A stretch of 64,000 bases of DNA from Nannocystis sp. (GTDB lineage: Bacteria; Myxococcota_A; Polyangia; Nannocystales; Nannocystaceae): assembly GCF_016717175.1 (NCBI RefSeq), contig NZ_JADKFZ010000004.1; one strand, 5' to 3'. The position numbers and the translations under genes were made by a program. Positions 19,517 through 30,700 of the stretch are shown piece by piece. The notes under the pieces were generated by a model. The model had not been told where the DNA came from. It searched no databases and was given only the letters and a program-made list of their open reading frames with translations. How positions within the stretch are numbered: the first letter of the stretch is position 1; the number at the start of each line of letters is the position of its first letter.

Positions 19517-20965
19517 CTACCGCCCTTCGCGGCGCGGCGCACCCGGCAGCGTGCGTGTCATGCTCGCGACCGACGGCGCCGCAGGCCGAAGGTCCACGGC
19601 TGACCTTCGCCCGCCGCGAGTTCGGCGGCGACGCAGGCCGAGGGCGAGGGGCAGGAGGAGGGCGAGCGCGGACGGGCTGGCGTGGCGGCAGCTGCAGCCG
19701 TCGTCGCCGCTCTCCACCATCGGGTCGCCGCCGACTTCGCTGTCGACGGGGGTGGTGGTGACCGGCGGAGCTCCGGTGTCGTCGCTGGCGCTGGTGGTGG
19801 TGGGGACGCTGGTGTCGTCGCCGCCGTCGCTCGAGCTGGTGTCGGCGGGGCCGGTGTCGTCGCCGGCGGTGGTGGGTGCGGGCGGGCCGACGACGGTGAA
19901 GGCGACCTGGGTCTGGCTCTGGTTGCCGTCCTCGTCCTCGGCCGTGACGGTGACCTTGTAGGCGCCCGCGGCGAGGCCCTTGAGCGGGAACTTGAGGTCG
20001 CTCGGGCTCGGGTAGTGGGCAGGGTCGAGGTTGAAGGCGCTCGGGCCCTCGCCGACGATGCCGAGGGCGAGCAGCTGCGGAGATTGTTCGTCGGCGGCCT
20101 GGATCCGGAGGTTGAAGGGGCCCTCGAGCTCGGCGTCCGCGGCGGGCTCGACGATCTGCACGGTGGGTGGGGTGAGATCGGGGACGGAGGGGCCGAAGGT
20201 CTGGAGCAGCTCGCGGTAGCTGTTCTGCAGGTTGCCGGAGTTGCAGAACTGCAGGTGCTGCTGCTTGCACTGACCGGTGTCGGGCACGACCTGGTTGACC
20301 TGGTTGAGCTGGACGATCTGGAAGCACTCGTCCTGGTAGGTCGGGTCGGCGACGCCTGCGGTGGTCGGGTAGAGGAGGTCGCCCGTGGAGTCGACGTGCT
20401 CGAGGCCCCAGGTGTGGGCGACCTCCTGCAGGATCGCCTTGGCGATGCTCCCGGCGCTCGGGCTGTAGTCGAGGGTGAAGCTGACCTCGCCGCCGTCGGC
20501 GTTGAAGCAGTCGATGCTGGGGGCGACGCCCGCGAAGCCACCGTCCGGCGCGGGGTCCCAGTCGCCGACCATCTCCATGTCGTAGTCGACGTTGTCGCCG
20601 GGGCGGATGTCCGTGACGCGGATGTTGAAGTCGCTGAAGTCCTTGCGGATGTACTGGACGACCGCGGCGCGCATGGCGGCGTCGCCGGAGAAGGGCAGCA
20701 CGGTGCCGTGGAAGATGACCGAGCAGTTGTTCTTGGGGTCGTTGTTACCCCAACCGCAGCCGTTCATCTTGCCGCCGTCGTAGTTGACGTAGAGAAGGCC
20801 GGGCTGGGCTGCGAGAGGGGGCGGAGCGTCCGCGTTCAGGACCTGGGGGCGGTACCACGGCGCGGAGGTGGGGATCGCGGTGGTGAGCTCATCTGGCGCA
20901 CCGAGGGCTGGGTTCGCTGCCAGACAGGTGAGGAGGAACGGCAGGACTGTGAGGCGCGGCAGCAT
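19517..20965 (-). CDS. secreted MYXO-CTERM protein with QExxHxxGxxH motif (paralog B)
   Basis: About 40% identical in layout to paralog A: LLYVNYDGG, ILQEVAHTWGLEH, SYRELL, C-terminal GCSCRH…LLLPLALGLRRRR. The start Met is MLPRLTVLPFLL. Its coordinate is taken from the track frame and may be off by 1-2 nt. Confidence 0.6.
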   Translation of the reverse strand: MLPRLTVLPFLLTCLAANPALGAPDELTTAIPTSAPWYRPQVLNADAPPPLAAQPGLLYVNYDGGKMNGCGWGNNDPKNNCSVIFHGTVLPFSGDAAMRAAVVQYIRKDFSDFNIRVTDIRPGDNVDYDMEMVGDWDPAPDGGFAGVAPSIDCFNADGGEVSFTLDYSPSAGSIAKAILQEVAHTWGLEHVDSTGDLLYPTTAGVADPTYQDECFQIVQLNQVNQVVPDTGQCKQQHLQFCNSGNLQNSYRELLQTFGPSVPDLTPPTVQIVEPAADAELEGPFNLRIQAADEQSPQLLALGIVGEGPSAFNLDPAHYPSPSDLKFPLKGLAAGAYKVTVTAEDEDGNQSQTQVAFTVVGPPAPTTAGDDTGPADTSSSDGGDDTSVPTTTSASDDTGAPPVTTTPVDSEVGGDPMVESGDDGCSCRHASPSALALLLPLALGLRRRRTRGGRRSAVDLRPAAPSVASMTRTLPGAPRREGR

Positions 20966-21034
20966 CGGGAGGCACCGTATCACGGCTGGTCGCCGGTTTC
21001 GCAACGTGCGCGATGTGACCTGGCCCGCGCCCGA

Positions 21035-21865
21035 TCAGGCGGGGTCGACGAGACGGCGGGTGAACTCGGGGAGGGCAAAGGCGGCGCGGGCGATCGCAGG
21101 GTTGAAGTAGTTGCAGCGCAGGGCCTGGGCGCGGCGCTCGTCGAGGGTCGCGGGGCTGCGATCGTCGCTGGCGAGGGCGAAGGTCCAGCAACCACCGGGA
21201 TAGGTGGGGATGTTGCCGATGTAGCCGTGGACCTCGCGGAACACGCCGCGCAGCTCGTTGAAGACGGCGCGGACGGTGGCAGCCGCGTAGAAGGGCGACT
21301 CGGTCTGGGCGCTGATCACCCCGCCAGGACGCAGGGCCTGGCGCAGGTCGGCGAAGAAGCTGCCCGCGAACAGGCCCGCGGCGAGACCGATCGGCTCCGA
21401 GGAGTCGACCAGGGCGGCGTCGAAGGTGCCGGCGTGGCTGCGGACGTAGTCGACGGCGTCGCTGAAGACGAGCTCGACCCGCGGGTCGTCGAGGTGGCCG
21501 GCGACCGAGGGGATCCATCGCTGGCAGACGCGGGTGACTCGCTCGTCGATCTCGCAGAGGACCACGCGCTCGACCCCGGGGTGCTTGAGGACCTCGCGCA
21601 CAGTGCCACCGTCGCCGCCGCCGACCACGAGCACCTGGCGCGGAGCCGCGTGCACGCACAGCGGGATGTGGGTGATGAGGTCGTGGTACACGAACTCGTC
21701 GAGCTCGGTGAGCATGACCATGTCGTCGAGCAGGAGCAGACGACCGTGGCCGACGGTGTCGTAGACCTTGATGTCCTGGAAGGCGCTCTGCTCGTGGTGC
21801 CGCAGCTCGGTGATGTGGATGCCGATCGCGGAGATGTCGTGGTAGGGCTCGTAGAACCAGGGCAT
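21035..21865 (-). CDS. speE: polyamine aminopropyltransferase (spermidine synthase)
   Basis: VLVVGGGDGGTVREVLKHP…CEIDERV… are canonical SpeE motifs. 276 aa. Confidence 0.9.
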   Translation of the reverse strand: MPWFYEPYHDISAIGIHITELRHHEQSAFQDIKVYDTVGHGRLLLLDDMVMLTELDEFVYHDLITHIPLCVHAAPRQVLVVGGGDGGTVREVLKHPGVERVVLCEIDERVTRVCQRWIPSVAGHLDDPRVELVFSDAVDYVRSHAGTFDAALVDSSEPIGLAAGLFAGSFFADLRQALRPGGVISAQTESPFYAAATVRAVFNELRGVFREVHGYIGNIPTYPGGCWTFALASDDRSPATLDERRAQALRCNYFNPAIARAAFALPEFTRRLVDPA

Positions 21866-21989
21866 GGGCGTTAACGGGGCCGGGCAGGCGGCGGGGTCTT
21901 ACCCTGCCCCTGCCCGGGACTCAAGCGCGGCCGGCCGGAGGCCGGATCGACCGCCTCGGTCGACCCAGGCCCCGGACGGGGCCGTGAGG

Positions 21990-24340
21990 CTAATGCAGCC
22001 AGCGGCCGCGGCGATCGTTGGCCTCGCTGTCGTCCTCGCTGGTGGGCTCCTCGACCTCGGCAGCGGCGGCGGCCTGGGCCCGGTCACGCTCGCGGAGGAG
22101 GGCGGTCAGGATGAGGCCGAAGCCGGAGCCCCACACGAGGATCATCAGGGCGACCCAGTAGGGGGAGGCATTCATGCCGTAGAGGAAGGGCAGGCCGGGG
22201 CTGTGGGTGATGGCGACGTGGTCGACCTCGAGGCGGTAGACCAGGACGGCGAAGGCGATCTGGACCACCAGGAGGGCGCCGGTGGCCATGCTGATGCCGA
22301 GCTTGCCGTCGCGGCGACGCGAGCTGAGGAGCAGGCCGGCGACGGCCGTCTCGGCGACCAGGATGACCTGGGCCAGCGTGGCCCACATGACCTCGGACTG
22401 CTCACCGTTGAGGCCCGAGCTGGCCATGACGTTGGTGTAGGCCATGCCGACGACCAGCATGGTCAGGGCCAGTACGCCCTGGAAGCGGAGGAAGGCGCTG
22501 CGGGCCTCGATGTGGCTTGGTACGGCGTGAGCGCGGGCCGGGCGGCGCAGGCTGGCGACCAGCAGCCAGCCGAGCAACGGCAGGAGGAAGGCGCTGGCGA
22601 GGAAGGTGACGAGGTTCAGGCTGTCGAAGCTCTGGGTGTTGATGCGGGCCGAGAGGTCGACCATGGCGAGGGCGGAGCAGCCGATGCTGGCGATCGCGAG
22701 GGCGATGCCCTCGGCCGGACGGAACAACGGGGCCCAGGCCTGCTCGACGCGCCGGCGCCAGCTCATCAGGCAGATGCCGGCGATCATCAGCTGGGTGAGG
22801 AGCGCGTAGCCCAGCATGGTCGGGCCGAGCTCGGGGTCGGAGGCGATGGCGAGGTTCTCGCTGCCGGGCAGGCCGGACAGGCCGACGACGGCGCCGAGCG
22901 AGGCGGGCAGCGGCCCGAGCAGGAGGCCAGCGCTGGCCATGTTGGCGCCGACCAGAGTGCCGCCGACGATGCCGGTGCCGGCGATGCCGAGCGCCATGAG
23001 GGCGCCGACCAGGAGGGCGTTGACGCGGTGGCCGAGGGCGTCACCGATGCCGATCGCGGTGAGGTGGGTGGCCGCCGCGAGCACGCTGATGAGGGCGAGC
23101 GGCATGAGCAGCGCGGTCGGTCCGGCGGTGAGGCCGAGGATGACGGTGCTGATGAGCAGGAGGATGCCGCCGCCGAGCATGGCGAAGACGTTGGGCCCGA
23201 GGGTCATGGCCAGGGCCAGGTCGCCAGCGGAGAGGCCGGTCATGCGCAGGACCGGCAGGGTGCCGGCCTCACGCTCGCGGGCGGTGTGCGTGGCGGTGAT
23301 GACCGGGCCGACGAGCAGGAGCATCAACGAGGCGAAGCCGAGGAGGACCGAGCCGAGCAGCTGCCAGCGCTGGCTGTCGTCGACCGGGGAACGGTAGCGG
23401 ACGCTGGGCTTCTGGATGCTGGTGAATTCGGCGATCGGGTCGACCAGGCCGTTCTGCCAGATCTTGTCGTCCTTGCGGAAGACGGCCTCTGCGAGGGTCT
23501 TGGCGTTTGTTTGGGCGAGGCCGGCGAGGCTCTGCGAGACCGTGGGCAGGCCGCCGGAGCTGAGCACCCAGCTGGCCAACTCGCCACCGGCGCCATAAGG
23601 ATCGCCGTTGAAGAGGTCGGCCCAGAGGGCCTGCCGGTCGGTGCCGCTGGTGTCGATGGCGAAGCCGGCGTCGCGGCGGGCGAGGCGGTCGAGGCGATCG
23701 GCGTGGCCAAGGAGCTGACGGCGCTGGGCCTCGATCTCGCGGAGCAGGACGATGTTGGCGCCGTCGATCTTGCCGTCGTGCACCTCGAAGGTGGAGGCGG
23801 CGACTTGCAGCGCCGAGCTGCGCTGGAGGTCCTCGTCGCGGGTGGTCAGCGGGCGGAGGTCGATGGTGGTGAGGAGGAGGTCCGAGAGGTCCTTACGGCC
23901 GCCCAGGAGGTCGCCCTCGAGGTCGACGGTCTGGGTCTTGAGGATCGACTCGGCGGCGCTGAGGTTGGCGAGGCCCTGGTCGACGCGGGCGCGGAGCTCG
24001 TGGAGGATCGCCACGCGGACGCGCTGCTGGGCCTGGAACTCGCGGTCGACGTTGGTTTGATCGCGGTCGTCGTACGAGCAGATTGGCTGTCCAGGGCCAT
24101 CGCAGACCGCGAAGCGGTGCTCCATGCCGAGGGCTACGCGCACGTCCTGGGCGGCGGGGCTGTCCATCCGCGTCAGGGCGGAGGTGCCGAGCCAGGTCAG
24201 CCCGCTGAGCAGGGTGGCGGCGACCACAGCCGAGAGGACGCGAGGTTTGAGGTCACGGCGCAGAAACGGCCGCAGACGCTGGAGGAGGGGGCGCGGCCCG
24301 TGTGCGGCGCGCGAAGGAGTAGTTTGATGATCGTCGTGCA
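21990..24340 (-). CDS. large polytopic membrane protein with an N-terminal periplasmic coiled-coil domain (YhgE/Pip- or ABC-2-permease-like)
   Basis: One TM helix, then a ~350-aa hydrophilic coiled-coil region, then at least 10 hydrophobic helices. Start proposed at GTG 24340, preceded by AAGGCGGG. The upstream part of the track ORF is an artefact. Confidence 0.45.
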
Positions 24341-24393
24341 CGATGGACCCGCCTTGCTCAACTGGTCGACCAGACAACCGGAAGCACTTGAGT

Positions 24394-24405
24394 GTTCCAT
24401 GGAAC
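24394..24405. promoter_or_regulatory. 12-bp perfect palindrome GTTCCATGGAAC in a divergent promoter region
   Basis: Lies in a lower-GC stretch between the membrane protein (-) and the phosphohexomutase (+). Confidence 0.3.
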
Positions 24406-24471
24406 GACGCGCGCGAGGAGATGATTTCACCGCGCAGCAAGTTCTGTGCAGTTTGAGGTAGGATTTCGCCC

Positions 24472-26289
24472 GTGACCGACGCATCACACAGCCACCTCGA
24501 CTCCCTCAACCTGGGGCTGCCCGCCGACACCGAGCGGGCGGTCCGCCGGTGGATCGATGATCCTCATTATGCGAGCGAGCGACCGGCGCTCGATGCCCTG
24601 CTCGCGGAGGTCGCGGGGGGCTCGGACGCGGCTCGGGCCGAGCTCCTGGATGCGTTCTCGCAGGTGCTCCCGATCGGGACCGGGGGCCGGCGCGGTCGGG
24701 TCGGGCCAGGGCCCAATCGGATGAACTCGGTGGTGGTGCGCGAGACGGCCCAGGGGGTGGTCGACGCGTTGCGTGCGGCCGGGGACACACCCCAGGTGGC
24801 GATCGTCTACGACACGCGGATGCACTCGCGGCAGTTCGCCTATGCGGTTGCCGAGGAGTGTGCGGCCGGCGGGCTGACGGTGATCCTCCTGGATGCGCCG
24901 CGACCGACGCCCGAGCTGTCGTTCCTCGTGCGACGCATGGGATGTGGCGCGGGCGTCGTGGTGAGCGCCAGTCACAACCCGCCGGAGGACAACGGGATCA
25001 AGATCTACGGACCGGACGGGGCGCAAGTCCTCGGGGCGCGCGACACGGCGCTGATGCGGGCGATCCTCGCGGCGGGGGATGGGACATCGGGGCGGGTCGG
25101 CGTGGCGCGGGGGCTCATCCATGTGATCGCGCCAGAACAGGTGCTGAGTGAGGCGGACCGGCCGTACCACGACTATGTGCTGGCGCAGGGCGTGGTCCCG
25201 GGGTCGCTCGAGGCGCGGGGCTTCTCGCTGGTGTTCACGCCGCTGCATGGGGTCGGGCACACCAGCGCGGGCGAGGTGCTCAAGGCCCGTGGTCTGACCG
25301 TGCACCTGGTCGCGGTCCAGTGTGATCCGGACGGCGGACGGTTCTCGACCGTGGCGTCGGCCAACCCGGAGCTGCCGGTGTCGATGGCGATGGGGGTGGC
25401 GCTGGCGGAGTCGGTGGGGGCGCAGCTGGTGCTGGCCACTGATCCGGACGCGGACCGGCTCGGGGCGACCGTTCGTGGCCGGGATGGCGGGATGGTGGCC
25501 ATCGACGGCAATCGCCTCGGGGTGCTGATGCTCGACCATGTGCTCGACAACATGGCCGGGCGGCTGCCGCCGAACGGTTGGGTGCTGACGACGCTGGTGA
25601 CCACGCCCCTGCTCGCGGCGATGGCACGGGCACACGGGGTCGAGGTGGTCGACGATCTCCTGGTGGGGTTCAAGCATCACGCCGGGATGATGGCTGAACG
25701 TCCAGAGAAGACTCTGATTTTTGGCTGCGAAGAGAGTCACGGCTATGTCCGGGGGGACGACATCCGCGACAAGGATGGGGCGATCGCAGCGTTGTTGCTG
25801 GCGGAGTGCGCTGCGGTGGCCCATGCCGAGGGACGCACGCTGTTCGATAACCTCGAGAGGATCTGGTGCCGTTACGGGTATCACCTCGAAAAGACAGCTA
25901 ATTTGGTGGCGCCTGGCCTCGCTGGTCGGCGCGCCATTTCGCATGTGATGGAGACCTGGCGAGCGGCGCCTCCGGCAGGCTTCGCCGGGCTGGCGGTCGT
26001 TCGGGTCGATGACCGCTCGCAGCCACGGAGCACCGGTTCGGTCACCCGCGACCTGCCCGGCGACGTGCTCAGCTTTGAGCTCGAGGGGGACGGTCGTGGC
26101 TGTCGGGTGGTGCTGCGGCCGAGTGGGACGGAGCCCAAGTTGAAGGTCTATGCGCTGGCCCGCAGCGCCGCCAACTTGCCGCTGGACCAGCTCGCGGCGG
26201 TGAGGTTGGACATCGACGGGCTGATTGAACGGGTGCTGCGCGAGGCAGAGGCGGCCGCGCGAGCGATCATGCAGCCGCTGTTGGCCTGA
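24472..26289 (+). CDS. alpha-D-phosphohexomutase family protein (phosphoglucomutase/phosphomannomutase)
   Basis: Catalytic Ser loop SASHNPPEDNGIK, metal loop DPDADR, sugar loop GCEESHG, phosphate loop RPSGTEPKLK. Confidence 0.85.
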   Translation: MTDASHSHLDSLNLGLPADTERAVRRWIDDPHYASERPALDALLAEVAGGSDAARAELLDAFSQVLPIGTGGRRGRVGPGPNRMNSVVVRETAQGVVDALRAAGDTPQVAIVYDTRMHSRQFAYAVAEECAAGGLTVILLDAPRPTPELSFLVRRMGCGAGVVVSASHNPPEDNGIKIYGPDGAQVLGARDTALMRAILAAGDGTSGRVGVARGLIHVIAPEQVLSEADRPYHDYVLAQGVVPGSLEARGFSLVFTPLHGVGHTSAGEVLKARGLTVHLVAVQCDPDGGRFSTVASANPELPVSMAMGVALAESVGAQLVLATDPDADRLGATVRGRDGGMVAIDGNRLGVLMLDHVLDNMAGRLPPNGWVLTTLVTTPLLAAMARAHGVEVVDDLLVGFKHHAGMMAERPEKTLIFGCEESHGYVRGDDIRDKDGAIAALLLAECAAVAHAEGRTLFDNLERIWCRYGYHLEKTANLVAPGLAGRRAISHVMETWRAAPPAGFAGLAVVRVDDRSQPRSTGSVTRDLPGDVLSFELEGDGRGCRVVLRPSGTEPKLKVYALARSAANLPLDQLAAVRLDIDGLIERVLREAEAAARAIMQPLLA

Positions 26290-26302
26290 GCTAGGGGGAG
26301 AT

Positions 26303-27613
26303 GTGAGGCGGTGGATCGCAGGGCTCTCGCTGGTGCTGGCGGCGCTGCTTCTGTGGTTGTGGTGGAGTGATGTGCCGGTGGGCAAGGCCGGTTCCGGCAA
26401 GCGCACCGGCCGGCGGTCGGCCGTGGCCGGCGGGTCGGCGAGCGGGTCGATGGGGATCGGGAGCCGTGGTGAGGCGGATCGCAGCGGCGTTGGCCAGGTG
26501 CGGGGGCGGATCGTCGACAGCGACGGGATGCCGGTGACCGACGGGCGGGTGATCCTTCATTGTCTGCCGAGGGGGGGGTCGCACAGCTTCCCGATCGACG
26601 CCGGGGTGGTCGAGGTCGGCGAGGAGGGGCAGTTCGTCGGGCCCGGTTGCCGGGGCCTGGTCTGCGCTGAATTCCGCCATACGCACCTGTTGCCGCGCGA
26701 GCCGTGGGTGTTCGAGCCGAATCAGAGCGAGCAGATGGTGACGGCGCGGCCGCTGGAGCGGATCGTCGGGACTGTGGTCGACGTGGAGGGACAGCCGGTG
26801 GCCGGGGCCCGCCTGATGGTCCGGCGCGGGAGCGACGACGACCCGACCGCGCTGCCGCCGTTTACGACCAGCACCACGACGAGCGACGCGGAGGGGGGCT
26901 TTGGCTTCGCCCGCGTCGAGCGGCCGCCCTGTGATCCCTGTGGTGAGGCCAGCGGGCGCTGTGAAGTCGGCGATGCGGCGGAGGTGCCGGCCTACAACGC
27001 GCTGGTGCTCGTGGCTCGCGCCCCCGGGTTTCGTAGCGTCGAGCGAGCCGTCGAGCTCGGGCAGGAGGACTGGCAGGTGACCCTGTTGCCGCCGTTGCCG
27101 GCGCTGCGGGGTACGGTACGGGATGCGGAGGGTCGGGCGTACCCGCGGGCGCGCGTGCTGGCGCGCTCGCATGTGCGCGGATACGAGGTGCACCAGGCGG
27201 TGGTGAAGGACGGGAGCTTCGCGCTGGCCGAGCTGGGGGAGGGGGGCTACGACCTGCGGGTGCTCCAGGACGGGGTCACTCTGGCGACGGCGAACGAGGT
27301 GGACGCGGGGACCGAGGTGACGCTGGTCGGCGATCGTCCGGCAGAGGGACCGACCCTGGTAATTGAGGTTGTGAGGCGCGACGGCGGGGATGGGGTGGCC
27401 GGGGCGCTGGTCGATGGTGGGCCGTTTGCGGGCGCCCGCACGGACGCAGACGGACGGGTGCAGGCGGAGGATGTGGCGCCGGGTCGCTATGCGCTGGTCA
27501 TCCGGGCTCCTGGCTCGGGGACGCAGCGGCGCGAGATCGAGGTAGCGGCGGGAGCCGGCGAGGCGGGCGGAGCGATCGTCCACCGAGTCGACATCGTGTA
27601 CGACGCGCCCTAG
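26303..27613 (+). CDS. membrane-anchored protein with four carboxypeptidase-regulatory-like (CarboxypepD_reg / Cna-B-like) domains
   Basis: GTG 26303 follows GGGGGAG. N-terminal TM helix LSLVLAALLLWLWW. Repeats of G.V.D..G.PV…RV (GRIVDSDGMPVTDGRVIL, GTVVDVEGQPVAGARLMV, GTVRDAEGRAYPRARVLA, …). Confidence 0.5.
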   Translation: MRRWIAGLSLVLAALLLWLWWSDVPVGKAGSGKRTGRRSAVAGGSASGSMGIGSRGEADRSGVGQVRGRIVDSDGMPVTDGRVILHCLPRGGSHSFPIDAGVVEVGEEGQFVGPGCRGLVCAEFRHTHLLPREPWVFEPNQSEQMVTARPLERIVGTVVDVEGQPVAGARLMVRRGSDDDPTALPPFTTSTTTSDAEGGFGFARVERPPCDPCGEASGRCEVGDAAEVPAYNALVLVARAPGFRSVERAVELGQEDWQVTLLPPLPALRGTVRDAEGRAYPRARVLARSHVRGYEVHQAVVKDGSFALAELGEGGYDLRVLQDGVTLATANEVDAGTEVTLVGDRPAEGPTLVIEVVRRDGGDGVAGALVDGGPFAGARTDADGRVQAEDVAPGRYALVIRAPGSGTQRREIEVAAGAGEAGGAIVHRVDIVYDAP

Positions 27614-27749
27614 GCGTGCGCGACGAGGACGATCGTCCGGGTCGACATCGTGTACGACGCGCCCTAGGCGTGCGCGACGAGGACGATCGTCCGGGTCGAC
27701 ATCGTGTACAACGCGCCCTAGGCGTGCGCGACGAGGCAGCGACCCATCA
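27573..27749. repeat. 3.3 x 54-bp tandem duplication of the gene junction
   Basis: The unit gtcgacatcgtgtacgacgcgccctaggcgtgcgcgacgaggacgatcgtccgg carries the upstream gene's last codons (VDIVYDAP-TAG) and a GTG that is in frame with the kinase. Copies start at 27588, 27642 and 27696, with a partial copy before them. Confidence 0.9.
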
Positions 27750-30700
27750 TGACGAGTTCCCGCGGGGCTTCGGGAAGTTCGTACTGCTCCGCGAGATGGC
27801 CCGCGGGGGGATGGGCGCGCTGTACCTCGCGGCGGCTGGCGAGCATGGCGGGCTCGAGAAGCTGTGCGTGGTCAAGACCTTGCTCGCCGACGCCGATGCT
27901 GATGAGGACGGCGCGCTCGGTCGCCGCTTCTTCGATGAGGCTCGTGTGGTCGTGCGCCTGAATCACGCCAACCTCGTACAGGTGTTCGATGTCGGGGCCG
28001 TGGAGGGTCAGCTCTACCTGGCGATGGAGCTGGTGGACGGGAAGGACCTGCGGGCGGTGTGGAACCGCTGCGCACAGCTGCAGCGGCGGATCCCGGTCGA
28101 CATCGCGGTGTTCGTGGTCCGCGAGCTGCTCCGCGGGCTGGCGTATGTGCACGACGCGATGGGGCTCGGCTTGGTCCATCGTGACATCTCACCGCCGAAC
28201 ATCCTCGTCGGCTACCGCGGCGAGGTGAAGCTGACGGACTTCGGTCTGGCGAAGAGCGTGCTGCGCTCGGAGATCACGAGCCCGGGGCGGGTGCTCGGCC
28301 GCTTCAACTACCTCTCGCCGGAGCAGGCCCGGGGTCAGGCGGTCGACCGGCGCACCGACATTTATGCGGCGGGGATCGTGCTCTGGGAATTACTCACGGG
28401 GCGGCAGTTGTTCTCCGCGAGCGTGGCGAGCCACGGCGCGACGCTCGCGGCCGCCCGTGACCCGTTCGTGCGGGCGCCCTCAGAGCTGGTCCCTGAGATA
28501 CCGGATGGCCTCGACTCGATCGTGTTGCGGGCCCTCGGGACCGAGCGAGAGCAGCGCTATCAGACGGCGGACCGCTTCCGTGCGAGCCTTTCGGAGATCC
28601 TCGCGCGAAATTATCCGAGCTGTGATACGGACCGGATTGGCGGGTTTATGCGCGACATCTTCGCGCGAGACCACAAATTTGAGACTCACGACTACGCGAG
28701 CTACGTTCGCGAAGATTTCTCCAGGGTCCGGGAGCAAGGTCGGGGGCAGGATGCCGTCAGCCTTTCGGACTCCATGGACATCCCACGCCGGGGCCGACGG
28801 GCAGCAAGCGAGAGCAGGATGGCGGATATCGAGGAAATGGGCCTTCTCAGCGGCCACACAGCGAAGCCCACGGCGTCGACCCGGGAGGAGGCAGAACAGC
28901 GCTGGGGTACCGTCGTCGCCGGTCGTTACCGGGTCGAGGACCTGCAGGTCTTCGACGGCATGGGCGCGCTGTATCGGGCCCGCGACACCGAGCGTGGGGT
29001 TCCGTGTGCGCTGCGCGTGCTGCCGGAGATCTATGCCCGCGAACCGGAGGTGATGGCCCGCTTCATGGCCGACGCCCAGGCGGCGCAGGAGCTCAAGCAC
29101 CCGAACATCGCGCAGGTGTTCGACATCGGCAAGCTCGACGACGGGGCCGTGTACGCGGTGACCGAGCTGCTCGATGGCCAGAGCCTGGCGACGATCATCC
29201 AGGAGGAAGGTCGCATCTCGCCAGGGCGGGCCGTCCACGTGGCCAGCCAGGTGTGCCGCGCGCTGGGCACGGCGCACGAGTCGGGGATCATCCACCGCGA
29301 CTTCAAGCCCAGCAACATCGTGCTGGTGGCGCAGGAGGGCGACCTCGACTTCGTGAAGGTCGTCGACTTCGGCATCTGCTCGCACGTCGACAGCGAGCCG
29401 TCGACGACCACCTCACAGCAGGAGTTGATCATCGGCTCGCCCGATTACATGGCCCCCGAGCAGGCCGCTGGCGCCGAGGCCAACCCGGCGTGTGACATCT
29501 ACGCGCTCGGGGCGGTGCTGTTCGAGACGCTGAGCGGGCGTCTGCCGTACAAGGGGCGCAACGCGATCGACGTGCTGATCCAGAAGGGTGCACGCGACGC
29601 GCCCCGGGTCACGGATGTGGCGCCGGACGTGCCCGAGGGGCTCGCCGACGTGATCGCGGCCTGCCTGTCGCGGCGACCCGAGGAGCGGCCGTCGTCGATG
29701 CGGGTGCTCGAGGTTGAGCTGCTGCGGGCGCTCGACAGCAAGGCGCCGCGACCGGTGAAGAGCGCCGTCGCGGCGGCGCTGGCTGGCGCCGGGGTGCCCC
29801 GTTTGGACACGTCGGAGCGATCGGCGAACCTGCCGTTACCGCCTCCGCCGGAGAGCGCGTCGAGCTCGTCGATGCGGGCGCCGGTCAGCAACGAGGCGTC
29901 GGCCTCGGGGCCACGCACGGGCCCGGCGAGCGGCCCCAGCGGGCTGACGCCGGTGACGGCGATGCGAGAGGAGCGTCGGGAGCCATCGTCAGTGCAGCGG
30001 CCGCCTGAGCCGCTGGTCGAGCGACCGACCCAGCAGGACGTCGTCGAGCCGGTGCAGCAGAGCTCGAACGGTTGGTTGTGGCTGGTGGCCGGCGGCACGC
30101 TGATCATCGCGGCGGTGCTGCTGTACCCGCAGCTGTTCGGCGGCGGTCCGGTGCCGCCAAAGCCCGACGCCAAGGGTGGCGAGGTCGTGGTGAAGACCAG
30201 CGCCGATGTGGCCGAGCCCGATGTGCCCGACACGGTCGAGCCGGAGCCGCCGGTCCCACCACCGGCACCGACGCACGACCCGATGGTGATCGTGACCCGC
30301 GCCGAGCTCGCGCTGGGGGAGGGCCGGCTGACTGCGCCGGCGGGTAACAACCTCTCGGAGTACCTGCAGCAGCTGGCCACACTCGACGCGGGCAACGAGG
30401 CGATCGCTCGCCTTCGCGGCAAGGCGGTCGAGGGCCTGCTGGCGAAGGGCAGCAAGGAGCTGGCCGACAAGCACGCGCACGAGGCCGCGGCCTTCCTGCG
30501 CGAGCTGTTCGTGCTGGCCCCGGACAACAAGGACGCGATCGCACCGTTCACGGAGGCCGTGCTCACCGAGAGCAGGATCTTGCGCCACATGAAGGCGTGG
30601 GACGAGATCCTGCCGCTGATCGAGGAGGTCACGAAGGTTAACCCCAAGAGCTTCGACGCGCAGATGCTCCGCGGGCAGACGCTCGCGGGCCTCGGTCGCT

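Noticed and set aside
21864-24461. 865-aa plus-strand ORF
   Set aside because: Antisense to the large membrane protein. Gly/Ala/Asp/Glu low-complexity with no hydrophobic segments.
24484-26406. 640-aa minus-strand ORF
   Set aside because: Antisense to the phosphohexomutase gene, which has all four diagnostic loops.
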